NCBI GenBank assembly: GCA_034780895.1
Contig: JAUZTB010000066.1
Coordinates: 11,016,895-11,080,894 of the forward strand
Direction: 5' to 3'
DNA: 64,000 nt
From: Rhynchobatus australiae
Lineage: Eukaryota
This document shows, in pieces, positions 1 to 14,600 of this stretch. The position numbers were made by a program, and so were the translations under genes. The notes under the pieces are model-generated. The model was not told the origin of the DNA and did no database searches. It was given only the letters and a program-made list of their open reading frames with translations. Position 1 is the first letter of the stretch. Every line of letters begins with the position of its first letter.

Positions 1-1112
1 GTTTTGAAAGGAAAATCATGTTTGATAAACTTGCTAGAGTTGTTTGAGCACATTCGATAGAGGGGAACCTGCAGATGTCGTATATTTGGATTTCCAAAAG
101 GCATTTAATAAGATGCCACATAAAAGGCTGATGCACAAGATAAGGGCTCACTGTATTGGAGGTAGTGTGTTAACATGCGTCTCATAACCAGTCTTCAATT
201 TAGGACAGATTGTTGGAATAGATGGGCCTTTTTCAGAACAAATGCAGTGCCCCAAGGATCAGTTCTTTGTTCTCAATTATTTATCATCTATATTAATGAC
301 TTGGAGGAGGGGGCAGTGTGCAAGGTACCTACATTTGCTGATGACATGAAAGTAGATGGGAGGCATGCTGCAATAAGAATAGTTGGACTCCACAACAAAG
401 TATGGATAGGTTGAGTGAGTGTGCAAAATCTTGGCAAATGGAGTTTAATGTGCAGAAGTGTGAGATCATGCACTTTAGTAAGAGGATTCAAAAGGCAGAC
501 TATCGTCAAAATGGAGAAAGACTGCAGATGAGCCGAGTACAGGGGGATCTGATTGTTCCTGTGCATGAAGGCCTTCTTAGGCACGAAACACTTAAAGTTA
601 GTGCGCGGGTACAGCAAATAGTTAGGAAGGCAAATGGCACATTGGCAATTATTGCAAGGTGGTTTGAGTTTAGAAATAGAGAAATAGTTTGAATTATATG
701 GGGTGTTGGTGAAGCCGCATCTGGAGTACTGTGTACAGTTTTGAAGCCTGCAGCAGAACAGCCATAATCATATTGAATGATGTGGGCAGGCTTGAGGGGC
801 CAGGTGGTCTTCTACTGCTCCTGTTTTCTTGTGTTCTTCTTGGGTATTTGGGACCTTTTTATGCACAGTAAAGGTTTCCACGCTCCTTCAGGGTAAGAGA
901 TTTAAAGGGAATCTGAGGAAGAATATTTTCACACAGAGGGTGGTTGGAGTTTGGAATGCACTGCCCGAGTGGATGTTGGAGGCAGGTACTCTCAACAATA
1001 TTTAAGTAGTATCTGAACGAGCACTTGATTCACTAAGGCATAGAAGGTCACGGACCAAGTGCTGAATAGACAAAGTGGGCTGAAGAACCTCTTTCTGTGT
1101 TTTATGACTCTC
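1..1112 (+). mobile_element. Decayed CR1-clade LINE fragments (RT region and 3' ends)
   Basis: ORF pieces with VPQGSVL, FADD, WQMEFNVQKC and KANGTLA motifs in shifted frames; CR1-type 3' tails near 750-840 and 890-1112. Confidence 0.9.
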
Positions 1113-1907
1113 AATGTCGTTTTGGCCAAGTGTGCAATCTTTTTTGAGGGATAACTAAATCAATGGCAACTCTAAACACAATAATGGTCTAATGCACCAA
1201 AAAAGGATTCAATCCAATTTTCACAGAGATCTACAGATCTTTACTGATCGTCCACTGAAAATGTAATGGAAGAAATCAAAAGAGCAACTGGTGTGCCATT
1301 CCCAATTTTAATCTATGCTGCAGTTTGCTGATGTGGATACTGGATCAGGATGGGAATTCAGATGATCTCTCAAACTTTCACCCTATCATTAAGTGCTCTG
1401 CCAGCATCAACCTGGGCTTGCGAATCAGGAAGAGAAACTACACATGCATGGTTACTCGGGACCAGGTCCAACATAAGTCAGGAGCTCAGGAGAAGAGGAA
1501 GTACACATTCACCCAAACAATCCACCTGCCAAGTTAAACCTCCTCCTCCAGCTTTGTACATGGGCAACCAATGGAAAATTCCAAGACACGCACATGCACA
1601 CTTTTAAAATAATATTTCTTCTCAGCATTCCCTAATTCAAACTGTTGCAATGGACAAAACAGGACAGGGCATGCATGGTGGCTTCCCTGTTCTCCAAGCC
1701 ACTGACTTATTTGTTCAATCAAAACATTAAATATTGTGTAATGAACAAAAATACTTTAAAACCCAGAATTATGCCAGGGGATGATTACTGGTACAAGGGC
1801 CAATAATCTAAAATAAAAAAATAGGATTGCTAGGAAATCAAATCATCACATTGTTAGACCTTAAAGCTGCATGGCACAGGGGAGGTTTTCAACTCATTCC
1901 TGTATGA

Positions 1908-2405
1908 AACCATAAGACATAGTAGCAGAATAAGGCCATTCGGCCCATCGAGTCTGCTCCGCCATTCAATCATGGCTGATTTATTTTTCCCTCTCAACCC
2001 CATTCTCCTGCCTTTTTCCTGTAACCTTTGACACCCTTACTAATCAAGAACCTATCAACCTCTGCTTTTAGTATACCCAATGACTTGGCCTCCACAGCCG
2101 TCTGTGCCAACGAATTCTACAGATTCACCACCCTCTGGCTAAAAAAATTCCTCCTCATCTCAGTTCTTAAGGAACGTCCTTTTATTCTGAGGCTATGCCC
2201 TCTGGTCCTAGATTCTCCCACTACTGTAAACATCCTCTCCACATCCACTCTATCCAGGCCTTTCAATATTTGGTAGGTTTCAATGAGATCCACCCTCATT
2301 CTTCTAAACTCCAGTGAGTACAGGCCCAGAGCCATCAAAAGCTACTCATGCATTAACCCTTTCACACACAGCCTCTCGGGATCATTCTCATAAACCTCCT
2401 CTAGA
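1908..2405 (-). mobile_element. CR1/HER1-like LINE 3' end, 5'-truncated
   Basis: LGLYSLEFRRMRVDLIETYQILKGLDRVD...TRGHSLRI...RNFFSQRVVNL followed by a typical 3' UTR and tail. Confidence 0.92.
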
Positions 2406-5289
2406 AAATAGGCTCTTATTTTCACAATTGAATATTAGAGCACATAGAATACAAATGCATGTGGATTTGGTGTACTTAGCCAGTGCAAAATACACTTCTA
2501 CCACGTCTCCTTCTGCATCAGACTGCTCATAATAATCCTATCCACCAGCAACATGCATATTTTTCCAACTTTGAACCCACATTTTGGAAGTGATCCTCTT
2601 GCAAACTGCACTATCACAAGGATTGAACCATTTTGTTTTATAGATTATATCACCATATGGATTCTGAATTTTCCAGTATTCTACGCTTTCTAAAACAGCA
2701 TATAATCTGCCTTCTGCCAGCTTTACCATGGGAATATACAAAATTATCAACAGTATGTTCAAGTGGTACGAACATGTATCATTCCTGATTTTACATTGGA
2801 TTTTCATGTGTCACATTCCAGCGCAAGAGCTTGACATTGGCTAGTAATTTAAAAATNNNNNNNNNNNNNNNNNNNNNNATCTGCAAACTAACCAACCCAT
2901 CCTTCCACTGCCTCACCCAAATCATTCATAAAAATTCACAACAATTTCAGAAATATTTTTCCTCAATAATTTAAATAACTAATATCCCAGAAATCTTTAA
3001 GACAAAAATGTGCATATTCCACAATTAAAAACACTTGCTTTTTTTTAACTTGAATGCCTCAGGCTCTCCCACAAATCTAGGATTGAAATTATTGACATAA
3101 TACTTCATTAGTATCAGGAAAATGACACAGGCTCAGTACCTGCAGTCTTTCCCATCAGTCAATAGTGTGTATTATGAAAGTCAAGAACTTAAATCTTTTA
3201 CATCATCAGGTGCTGTTAAGTTTCTCTGATACTTCTTCCAACCTATTTAAAGTCAACTTGCAGATACAACTTTACATGTGAAAACCTATTAATTTTCAGC
3301 AGAAATAAGAGGTATTGTGCATTTTCTCATCCTAACCTGAAAAATAAATGTAAATGCCTTGAAATTCATGAGCACTGTTGCTTTAAGAGAAAATGCAACA
3401 CTCTAACTGCCATTATATTGGAGAAAAATTATGTTCTGCCATCCTAATTAAAGCATATGAATCCTGAAACTGTTTCTTTGTGTTCCTGTTTTCCACCCAA
3501 TAAATGGGCACAAATGGAGTCAATATTTGTTGGTGTATTGTGATTTTCCATAATGAATATTCTTGGAAAAAAGGTAAGAAAAATAAGTATTGCATCCCTG
3601 TGTGTCATCTTGATAAGACACTGAAAAACTAAGACAGAATATGATTGTTAGATTACTGGTGTATGTAGAGAGAACAATCAGATATCACCATTGGTTTCAA
3701 TGTCTCTGTATCACAATCCAGGAGCCTATAATGGACATGGTCAAGCATGAGTGAGGGCAGGTTTGAATTTGGGTTATTCCCTATGACTAAATAGTCAAAC
3801 CAATGATATCAGTCTAAATTTAGGCAGGAGATAGTTGGAGGAAAGTGTTAGAACCCAATCCCAGTAAAAGACAACACCGACAGAACTAGGGAACAAAGAT
3901 TATTAGAAGACCAGAATTAGAACTATAAACACCCCAAACCTGCACTTGATTGTGCCAGCATCAATACCAACTGATTTCAGGATCAAAGCAGTTACCTGCT
4001 TGACTGAAGATATGGCATATTTTGTTCATTTATATTAGTGCCAATATTAAGACAGAAAATACATCCCAAGCATCTTACTCCAAACAGCTGTAACCAAGTT
4101 TATTTAAAATGATAGAAAATAGAAGCCGTGTACAGAAGTAAGGACATCTGCAACTGCTGAAGCCACCTGTTGTGACGTTAGGGAATTGTGGCATGACCAT
4201 TTCTGGCCTTGCTGTAGGAGATGGGGTTAATTCAAGGAAGAGCATTTCTTTAATAAGAAAAAACAGGTGTTCTTTTAAAATTGGCAGTGGATAGAAATAG
4301 TCAAACTGAAAGCATCTGTTTCTAACTAAATAAAAATAACAACAGTCCTAAAGGCAAAATAATTGATCCAATAAAATTTGCAGTCTTGGCCTGTACGTGC
4401 CTGCATATGAGAATATGAAGGAGGCCTCCGGCAAACTATCTGGTCTTCAATCTAAATGCACTTGGACCACTGCCTGGCACAGTTCCACAGCCAAAAACTA
4501 TGCACCCACTTGCAAAAAAACAGATGCTGCCATTTGTGTGAGAGTTGGACTGAAGAATCTTTGCAAAGTAGTTAAAATTAAGTGTGGTTTTGACTTAATA
4601 AAAGTACTGTACAGCTTCATAAACATCACTGAACAAAACAGCTTCTCAAAAGGGTCAACTTCAACTTTCTAAATTTCCTGTTTGATATTGCACAAAATAG
4701 AGTCTTGGGGGTAGGATTGAATAATTTTCTCTGGTCACTATGGGCCAACAGTAATATACAAATAATAGGAAAATATCCTTTAATTGGTGTTACTGGCAAA
4801 ATAGGAAAGTGGGTTTTTGTTAATATTGCACACAGCAAATATTTTCATTTANNNNNNNNNNGACTGGAAGAAACCTTCCCCCAGTCTACATCCCATTGAC
4901 AGGATCCTTTAATTTTATCTCATTAATCAAAGAGGGATCATCCAAATGGGGGTAATATATAGCCCTTTTCATATTCCATCTTCATGGTGGCCATGAAAAC
5001 CATATGAACTGTCCCAAATGTAACTTTACAGAATATTACATTTGGCAGCATTCATTTTAAAAACTATTCATTTAAGCTCACTGTGTCATTTCCCCATTTT
5101 TTTTTCCAAATTTATCCAATTATTTTTGAAAGCAATATGTATTCTCATTCCATCTCTGTTTCTGGTAGAACATTCCACTCATGTTAACTCTAAGATTAAA
5201 AAAAGATTGTCTTAACCTTTCCCTTTGTTCTTCTGTTATTAAGCATATACCCTCCAGTTACTAGCTGACCAACCAGCAGCAGTATTTCA

Positions 5290-5430
5290 AAATCAAAAAA
5301 TATTGCAGATGCCAGAAATCTGAAACATAAGCAGAAAATGTCAGGTCATCAACCTGAAACTTCAACTCTATTTCTCCCCCACCTGATGCTTCCTGACTTT
5401 CTGGGTATTTCTAGTATTTTCTGTGTTACG
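5290..5430. mobile_element. Old Penelope-derived terminal fragment, partial fold-back
   Basis: tgcagatgccagaaatctgaaac...aggtcatcaacctgaaac...gatgcttcctgactttctgggtatttctag resembles the better-preserved copies elsewhere in the window. Confidence 0.55.
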
Positions 5431-5574
5431 GTAGAAATAATTTTTGATTTGCTTCATTAAAACCCCTTACAATTATTCAGGTTTGCCTGTTCTAATAAAG
5501 CAAGCTCAGAGTCCAAGTCCAAAAGGGGAGCTCTCCTTAAAGGCATCAATACTGATGGAGCTCTCGCACCAGTG

Positions 5575-6110
5575 AGAACATAAGCGGAAGCAGGATTGGG
5601 GACTTCAATCCCTTGTGCCTGCTCTGCCATTCAATAAGATCATGTGTGACTTTTCATCTCATCGCCCCTTTTCTGCACTAATCACATATCCCTCGATTCT
5701 CTTAGTATCTAAAAATTCATCAGTCTCTACCTTGATTATATGCAGTGTCTGAGCCTCCTTGGCCATCTTGGACAGAGAATTCCAAAGTTTCACTTCCCTC
5801 TTGGTAAAACTATTTTTTCCCCTTTGTCCTAAATGGCCAATCCCTTATTTTGAGGGTGTGACCCCTGGTTTTAGAAACCCCAGTCAGGGAAAATATCATC
5901 CCCACATCTACCCCATCAAGGCACATAAGAATTTTGTACGATTCAATGAGATCAATGCTCATTCTTCTAAACTCAAGGGGGTCTAGGCTGAATCTGCTTA
6001 ATTTCTCCTCATATGACAAACATGTCATCCAGGAATCAATCTGGTGAACATGTGCTGCACTCTGTTTTTGATAAGTATATTATCCTTTAGGAAGGGGGAC
6101 CTGATATATA
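5575..6110 (-). mobile_element. CR1 LINE 3' fragment
   Basis: SYEEKLSRFSLDPLEFRRMSIDLIESYKIL...TRGHTLKI motif plus 3' UTR. Confidence 0.85.
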
Positions 6111-6124
6111 CAAATATGGAGAGT

Positions 6125-6303
6125 GTGAATTGTGGTACGTTGCCCTTAATTGCAAAAGGTTTGAGTACAAGAGTAGAAACATCTTGCTCCAATTGTGTAT
6201 GATCTTGGTAATATTGCACCTGGATTTTTACATACAAGTCAGGGTTCCTTACCCAAACAAGCATAAACTTTTCAATAACTGGAGTGCAGCAAATGTTCAC
6301 CAG
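6125..6303 (+). mobile_element. CR1 LINE internal fragment
   Basis: KRFEYKSRNILLQL...HL motif; abuts the opposite-strand CR1 copy. Confidence 0.75.
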
Positions 6304-6565
6304 GCACAAGGACAGCTTCTATCCCACTGTTATAAGACTACTGGACAGCTCCCTTGTGCGAAAAGATGGACTCTTGACCTCACAATCTACCTCGTTATGA
6401 CCTTATTGCCTACCTGCACTGCACTTTCTCTGTAGCTGTGCTGCTTTACTCTGCATTCTGTATTGTTTTACTTGGGACTACCTCAATGCACTGTACGAAC
6501 AGTATGCAAGACAAGTTTTTCCACTGTATCTTGGTACATGGGACAATAATAAACCAATTCCAAAT
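6304..6565 (+). mobile_element. Rex1/Babar-type LINE 3' end
   Basis: gacagcttctatcccactgttataagactactg encodes DSFYPTVIRLL, resembling the Rex-clade ORF C-terminus; followed by a 3' UTR ending caataataaaccaattcc. Confidence 0.7.
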
Positions 6566-6569
6566 TTGA

Positions 6570-7410
6570 TTACTTGTCCCAAACCTCTGTTTTGTATCTG
6601 TTAACTAATTCTTATTCCACACCAATATCTTGCCCTTATTACCACATGCTCTGAATTTTGTTTAATAATTCCTTGTGCATCACCTTATTTAAGGCCTTTT
6701 GTAAATCCAAATACATCACTTCAACTAGTTCTCCATTACCTAATCTGTTAGTTACAATCACAACAAAATCTAACTGATTCATGAAACATTAATCCATGTA
6801 GACTCTGCTGAATCCTATGACACGCTGTTCTGTTACCACTTCCTTTGATGATAGATTTCAGCATTTTCCTGATTACTGATATCAGACAAACTGATCTACA
6901 GTTCTCTATGGGGTCACTTTTGCTCCCTTCCAATGAGTGGGAATGATTCTAGAATTTGAGATTTTGGAAGTTGACATCAACCATCTCCACAGCCAGCTCC
7001 TTCCAAATATTAGGATACAGATTATTAGGTTCCATTCATTTCTACAGTACTAATTTTTACTATTCTTTCACTCCTCATTCACTCTAGCCCTGTAGTTCTC
7101 CAGTAATCCCAAAAGATTTTCTATGTCTTTTTCCATGAAGAATGACACAAAATACTTGTTTACTTTCTTTGCCATTTCCTTATTCTCCAATTCTCCTGTC
7201 TCAGTCTGAAGAGATCCACATTAACTTTGCTAATTGTTTCCTTGTTATGTTCCCATAGAAGCATTTAGTTTATATGCTTCTCACAGACTATGTTTTTATT
7301 CTACTTTCCTTTTCCTGATCAATGTCTTGATTCTTCTTTGCTGAATTCCAAAATTCTTCCTAATTCTCAGGCTTATTTCTATTTTTTTTAAACCATTATT
7401 AGCCTCTTCT
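6570..7410 (-). mobile_element. Decayed CR1 LINE RT region
   Basis: ENCRSVCLISVIRKMLKSIIK (NYRPVSLTS-like motif) and a DLQKAL(N)KV-like motif on the minus strand. Confidence 0.75.
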
Positions 7411-7414
7411 CAAT

Positions 7415-7545
7415 GAACAATACCTCAAATCAACTAGCTGGATAAGCAAAACAATACCTACCTCTTCTCCCAAGGCAAAAGATTCAGCAGAGGCTCAGAA
7501 CACATTCAACCAGCTCCAATGGCTGGGCCACATTGTCTCACCAAT
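7415..7545 (+). mobile_element. Probable RTE-clade LINE fragment
   Basis: aaccagctccaatggctgggccacattgtc encodes NQLQWLGHIV, the LRWxGH motif typical of RTE-type ORF C-termini. Confidence 0.5.
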
Positions 7546-10179
7546 AGTTCAGTGCATGAACTTACATCATTTTCAGTTAACACACCTTTTCCCTTGTATT
7601 CCAGTTCACAACACAAATCTACGTTCTGCTCTACTAACCAATGTTCTGCTCTTGCATCTGGGCAAGTACTTGTATCCCCAAGGCAAAAGAGGCTACTGAC
7701 CTAAATGAGGGTAAATGGGATTAGTGTAAATAGGTACAGTGGGCAGCATGGATAAGACCGGCCAAAGGGCCTGTTTTGTGCTATAAAATCTGGCTCTCAC
7801 TGCCTCTTCTGGACCTCTCTCCCGCCTGCCTCTGCAATTCCTTCTAGCCCAAAGTGGAGAGAATTACGGAATATATTGTTAATCACCAAATATCCTAATT
7901 AAAGACAAATCACATTTCAGCTTCTAAAAAGTTTGGTCATCATGTTCTCCTTTCAAAGGAGTGGGCAGCTTTCTGTTCTATTATCTTTGAAATGTTTGTT
8001 TCCATATGTTTTACTTATTCTTTCTCTCAAAATGCATCATGTTACATTATTCCACAATAAATTTTTGGCATTTCTCAGCCCAATGAAACAAGGCATCATA
8101 TGGCAATAGCCCATTATGAGAAAGAAAATGGGATTCGTCTGCAGATAAAACTGAAAACTCTTAAAGCTAGGAGGTCCCATCTGAAATGTGCTGTTTAAAG
8201 ACACCAAACTTCATATCTTTCTCAATTAAAAAAACTATAACTAGAGTTTTTGGTCAAGTTATTCTATTCATCACATCCATGCTTTGCAGTATTCAGTGTA
8301 TAAAATATATATTCTTATGCTAGTAAGCGAGGGAACATGCATCACTAAGTTAAGGAAACCTCCTAGGCAATACTTTTTTTTAAAAAGCACCTTTAAAATA
8401 ATTAAGCATGCCTAATGTAAGACATAGATACGAGTGGGCAATAAGGGGTAATTCTGGAATTGGAAGAGTTGTATGAATGCATGGTGAAAATAATGAGGCA
8501 GAGAGATTCAGTTAGCATGTTCCAGAGAACATGCTGAGGTATCAGAAATATGGTCCGGGGGGAGGACATGCAGGAGGCTGGAGTCCTGCCAAGTGCTGAG
8601 CCCTTGGGATTACAGAAGTAGATTTGGGAGGTGATGGAAGGGATGGGGATTGGCCTCTCAAAGGTTCCATGGAAAAGGACAAGGATTTAGAATTTGAAAT
8701 GTGCTGGAGGACATATCAAAACTGGGGATTAGTGAAGGACTCTTGGATTAGAGTGGAGGAGTTCTGGCTGAGTTAGAGAATATAAGGGAAAGGAATAAGG
8801 AAAATATAACAGTGAGCAATGTAAAAAATCACCTCTTCAAACAAAATTATCAGAAGTTTCAGCAATAATGGGTATAAGCTTATTTTTTTGCTGCATCAAC
8901 CTATGTTTAGTTTCAATGTATTTTTTGTGATTAAGCCAAAAAATCTCAAAACATTCATGACTCTTGGAAACCAGGGAAAATCACTTTCCCATTTAAACAT
9001 TAATATTTGTTCATCTATGTGAAGAATGTCTGGTTATTGATGGGTCGCTGTCTACTAATGCAACATTTTAAAAAATTATAAAGCAAATATCCATATGTGC
9101 GAAAGTTTAATTTTCCAAATACAATGTTGGGTGTCCCTCTGGTTTATATAGTAAATACTTTGCAAAGTAAGTTTCTTTGAATTGACATGGGAGGAAATAC
9201 TGGCAAGACATATGTGCATTTGTCCAGATTTTATTCTTTATATATAATCCCATCCAAAGTAAACATAATCCTTTTCAACCTAAACAAGCCTGGAGCACAG
9301 GCTCCACTTTGGTGGAAGGGACAATGTGACAATAGATTCATCTGTCTCCACACTTGGAAAACAGACAGGCAATGCCATTGACACACAAAGAAACTAGTGA
9401 AAGACAAATCTGGCATCAATAACCAGGAGTAGATTTATAAAAGTAACATGGTGTTTGACTCCAAAACTTTTTAGTGCAGCTCCAGCGCCAACTGAGTAAA
9501 CACTTTAATGCATTTGAAAAATTTGTTAATTTGCATTAAACTTCTTCTCAGGGTCCTGGTCTTCCTAATTGCAACAATGCCACCTGTGTTTTTATTTTAT
9601 TATTTTAGGGTAAGTCAGGGTAAATTCTTCATTTTATGAACTTTCAATTCAATTTTATGAATTGAATATTCCTGCAGTTCCCTGGATGCCAACCTGCCAA
9701 GTCCACAATTCAGCTGTAGATCACCAGCTTCTCAAATGAACATCATAGCATTTTAGCACTGCCTAATGAGTAAGCACTGATCTCCCATATAATCTTTTAG
9801 ATTGGAATTACATTTTATTTTGACATAAAAATATGTGAACAACTGGAAGATAGCCAGCCAGTGAGAGATTATGTAGGCCATGTTTGATTGTCATAAACAT
9901 CTGAGAGGTCACTTCAGAGGTAGTCGAGATAGAAGTACATGGAGGGGGAAGTATAGCAATGCTTTTAGATTCAATCAAGAGTGGAAGGCAAGAGGTCAAA
10001 CATAAAAGGAAATATTCTTTCTCGGTATTAGAAATTAACTTGTGAATTAAATTGAGAGAGCTAAATCCCTGGATTCGTTTTGGATTAAATCTGATGTGAC
10101 AGTAGAGGTGATTTTAGGGTCATTCTAGATGAAAGAGCTGAATAGTTCATTGCAGCTGTAATTATAACAATATAACAAG

Positions 10180-10545
10180 AATATAAGAAAGAGGAGGAGG
10201 TTATTTAGCACTCAAATCTGCTCTGCCATTCAATAAGATCACAGATTATTCCCTTCCTCAACTCTACTTTCCCATGCTTTTCCCATGTCCCTTGAAATCC
10301 AAAGTTCTCTCAACTTCTGTTTTGAATACACTCAACAACTAAGCATTCAGAGCTCTCTGGGTTAGATATAGCTCACAGCCCTTTTGATTATTCCAAGACC
10401 AACAGTTAAACCAGATCCTTGGCCAGAAAAATCATCCCCCCCCCAAGAATCTACCCTGTGAGGCCCCTCAAGAATTCTCAATATTACCTCTCATTTTCTA
10501 AATTCAAAGGAATATAGGCCTAGTCTTCTTAATCTTTCAATCATC
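10180..10545 (-). mobile_element. Decayed CR1 3' end
   Basis: ctgctctgccattcaataagatc 3' UTR motif shared with the copies near 5620 and 55995. Confidence 0.7.
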
Positions 10546-11329
10546 TTGTGATCTGAAAACGACTTCTGTTTAACGGTCAACATCTTAAAACAAAATTTAC
10601 TACCCTCAAATTTAAGAATGCCAATGGCTTTATAGAAGAATACGTAGTAAGGCACCAAAGCTTATATTGAACGTGAACAATGCTCAGGTAGCAGGAATGG
10701 TGGGAAGATCAAATGAATGACAAAGGAAGAAACTGTAATTATTGTTAAATTATCATCTCTGCAAGAACAAAGAGTGCATCCAATTAAAGCCATTTGATTC
10801 TTTTGGATCACACTGTAAGCAACCAGATCTGCCAAGAATCAATCTTACACAGGCAGCTGCAAGCCAAGTGCAAGACCACTGGGGCTCACTAAAGTTAGTA
10901 GCCCCGAAGACTCGTTAAAATTGGCTGTTGCCAAGACCCAGCAGTTTGCAAAGTTTTTGTCCATTGTCAAAGGCTTCCTGATCTTGGTGGCACCAATGTG
11001 ACAACACACAGTACATAGAAGTCTTTGGAAACGTCCTGCTTATACTGTAGTGCAGTTTATTTCATGGATGTCCTCAAATCATTGCTTGTTGCTATGTTCT
11101 GAGAGGTTCCACATTTCCCAGTGGAAGAGGAAGGATCATACAAGCTAAGTACAAATGAAAACACTCAGATGATCCATATGTTTAGCACACCAGTAGAGAT
11201 AGCCATTGCTGTCTGTAGTGTGCTTTGCATTAATGTAGACAATGTAAGGATATTAAAATAAACACTTGTGTTCATACAGCAATTTATCGCAATACCAAAG
11301 CATTTCACACAATGAACAAATTTTAAAAT

Positions 11330-11600
11330 GTGACAATGGCTGTGACTATGGTCATACATCAAGTCAGATAAATAAAGCAGTTAGCTGTTCATTGGAGTCT
11401 GAAGGAGCAATCCACTTCAGGCTGAACAGTGACATTTTTAATGTTAATTTAAGTTGGTACACAGGACTTCAGTTTATATCCCATCTGAAGGATGGGGAAA
11501 TCTGCATTACACAATTATTACCTGGGTCCTAACATGGGTCTTGAACTCACTACTTTCTAACCCTGAGGCAAGGAAGTTAATAAGTGCTGAAGCTGCCAAC
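11330..11600 (-). mobile_element. Old tRNA-derived SINE (SacSINE/Deu-like)
   Basis: B-box-like gagttcaagaccc on the minus strand and a tttatatcccatctgaaggatgg segment resembling the other SINE copies here. Confidence 0.45.
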
Positions 11601-14600
11601 AACCAAGCAGAATCTGGGAGCCCAACTCTCTGAACTGCTTCTATAACCTGGACTGATTTCAGTTTAAAATGCAAAATGCTAGCCTTAAATCCTTAAAAAC
11701 CTCGACACAAGCTACCAATAATTTGAAAGAGAAAGGCTGGTGTGCACATACACTTATTGAATCAAGTTGTCAGTGTAAAATAAAATTAAAGTGGAATCTT
11801 GATCGGATCTGCTTCAGATTTTGAAAACTAAGAACACTTGGAAGACACGTTTATCCATTCTCACCCCATGTCCCCCACCCTCCCAGCATGCAATCTGAAC
11901 CCACTGCTGCTAACAAGAAAATCTGGACTATAAATAAACAGCAGGCAGCTTTGAAGTTGTTCCAGTGTTGAAATTCAGACACAAAAGGAAAATATTCAGT
12001 TGACTAAAGTAAAGATTGCAGTTTCCTTCCAACCATGAAAGGTGACTAAGGTCACAATGAAGGTTCGTTACAGCCCTTTCACTTGAAACTGTATGGAAGC
12101 ATGCCATTAGCAGTATCTTGTACTTTGTTAACCAAATTTCAAGTGGCCTTTATTGCCTAAAGGTAGGGACTAAAACTTCTTAACTATTCTTTGCCAATTC
12201 TTAACATACTGTATGTGCTGGAATTTTATAAGTCATGTTGCATTTTGCTCAGTTGTGGATCGGAGTAAAATGCTGTGGAAAGGTCTAGCGACATAATACC
12301 ATGGAATAGTAGGACACGAGTCCTTCCCTGCTGTGTGTGGCATTGAGAGTTCCAATATTAGCAGCAAAGCCACTGAGCAGATATGAAATGATTACCATCC
12401 ACCAGCAAAGAGAATGATACAATGCACCAATAATCCTACATTCCTCTCGCATGCATGGCAAAGCCAATTAACAAGAAGCATTCAGATAAGCTGGAAGTGG
12501 AGTGGCCTTTATATTTTGCTCAGGATTCATCTTGGAGGCTGTAATACTTTCTTTCTGGTACAAAACTGAGGGAGCTTTATTCTGTGTTATCTGGTAAAGT
12601 AAACCCAGAATTATCTGCCAATACTGTATCCAGCAAGTTCAAAAGGAGCTCACCCACTGTTCAAAGAAAGCTTTATTTTTGAAAGTACAAGGAAAACAAG
12701 GACGGATACCATTGCAATCAAATACTTTTGCTAACTCATCTATTGATCAGAGGGAATATCACATTGGGTTCAACCTGGTTTTGTTTAAAAACCTCTCTGA
12801 ACACTACACTTCTCAGAGGATCTTTTTAATTTGCAGTTTTTGAATAAATATTTATACCTTTTCATCCGAGAACCAATGTTTTTATTATCCATCACAATTT
12901 CCTGCCTCCCAGATAATAAAGTCAAGCAATATCTGACATTCATTTTAGCATGTGTCATTAGCATAACACAATTTGAAACCTTTTGCCAAAAATTCAGGCC
13001 TGTTGTAGAATGGAAGACTTCCGGCAGCAGGGACTTGTTCTATTTCTGTTCCATGTTTGCCCAGAGACCACTGGTCACCTAACAGGGAGGTGCACCAGCA
13101 TCTTTACTGCAACATTAAACACTGGAAATAATGTGCCTGGAACTTGGTTCACATAATGGCCAAATCTTGTGGCTTGTACAACTCAACTTCAAGAAAAATC
13201 ATTCACAAAGGTGAATTATGATTTTATTTTAGCAGATTCCACAGTCTAAACATTTTCTTCTATCTGATACACTAACCCATGAAGGAGCCCAGACATGCAC
13301 AGTGGCATCCAACATACACCTGGACAATCCTCTGGTTTTTGAATCATGTGTTCAAGGCCCTCAGAGTGCTTGAAGTCTCCTTAAACTACCTGGTTCACAG
13401 GTAGTTAAAGGGGACACAGCCAAGCAGATCTCAGGCCATTGAGGTAGGTGCTGGGAACAGGTTTCAAGTAGGTCCTCTCTGTAATAAATTCATGTGACAG
13501 AAGAATGCAAGAAATAGGAGAAGGAGTTGGCCTCATGCCCCCTCAGACCTTCAATAAATTTCATGGGTGATCGAACAGTTGGCTTCAACTCCATGTTCCT
13601 GGCTGATTCCCGTAACCCTGTCAGAAGTGACACCCTCACGGCCAAACTCATGACCTTCAACCCCCACCCCAACGGGGTGCAACCCCCTCATCTCCTTCTA
13701 AGCTTGCAACCTCCAGCAGACCCACCCACCCATGACCATGTATCTGCTGCCCATTGCTCATTACTGCCTCACTCCACTGATTTGTTGAGTTGACTCTTGA
13801 TGTTCCAATCCCCACAACAGACACCCCAAACTGCCCTCGCTTCCCTAAACCCTTGTCCCTGCAATGCTATTGTGCACTAAAGTCCAAAGCTTGTACATCA
13901 CCATGGGTTTCTTGCGCTACTGAATTTGGAAAGGCCAACCCTTGAACAAGACATTCTTGGGTCTGTCACAAACTACTCCATTAATGCCTGCTAAACAGGT
14001 TCCATTAAATTTTTGGGCCTTCCCCCTATATGTTGCCAAAATTGAAAATTGATAACTGGTCAACAAAAGAGATTTAATAACTGGAAAACAATCACAAATT
14101 AAAGCTGAGAAATTCAGTATCCGGGAGGTAAAAAGAGGGAAAGATTGAATTAGGAGCAAAAAAAAAGACAGAAAAAGAACTATTTTTAAAATTGGTCAAT
14201 TTTAAAATCTCACTAAGATTTTCAAAACCCGGAAACCTTCTAATAGGTTAGCCTACCAAGGCTACTTATGCTTGTAATTACAAGATGGATGGTATATGGA
14301 GAACTACATATTTTATAAAAGATCCTCAGGGCAAACTGTCACTTATGCAAATAGTTGACCAACACAATTCAGGCAGCAACTTTGAGATGTTTACACTTAA
14401 GCTGCCATACCGTTTGCCCCTAAATGTTGGCAAGCACAATTAAGCACTGCAATTAATCCACTAGCAAGTTTTTGCCCAACTTTTTTGGCTTCTATTCTCT
14501 CTCCTCCTTCCCAACAGCAGTTTGATAGGCATGGAAATAGTCACATCAGTTCAAACTAGGATTAACTGGAAATGGACCACGTGGTCACTCATGAAACCAC

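Noticed and set aside
9231-9419. Minus-strand ggcattg...tccaagtgt resembling the GIVSKC stretch of the next VPS53 exon
   Set aside because: Translates as NGIACLFSKCGDR followed by a stop, with wrong spacing and context; the true exon probably lies beyond position 1.
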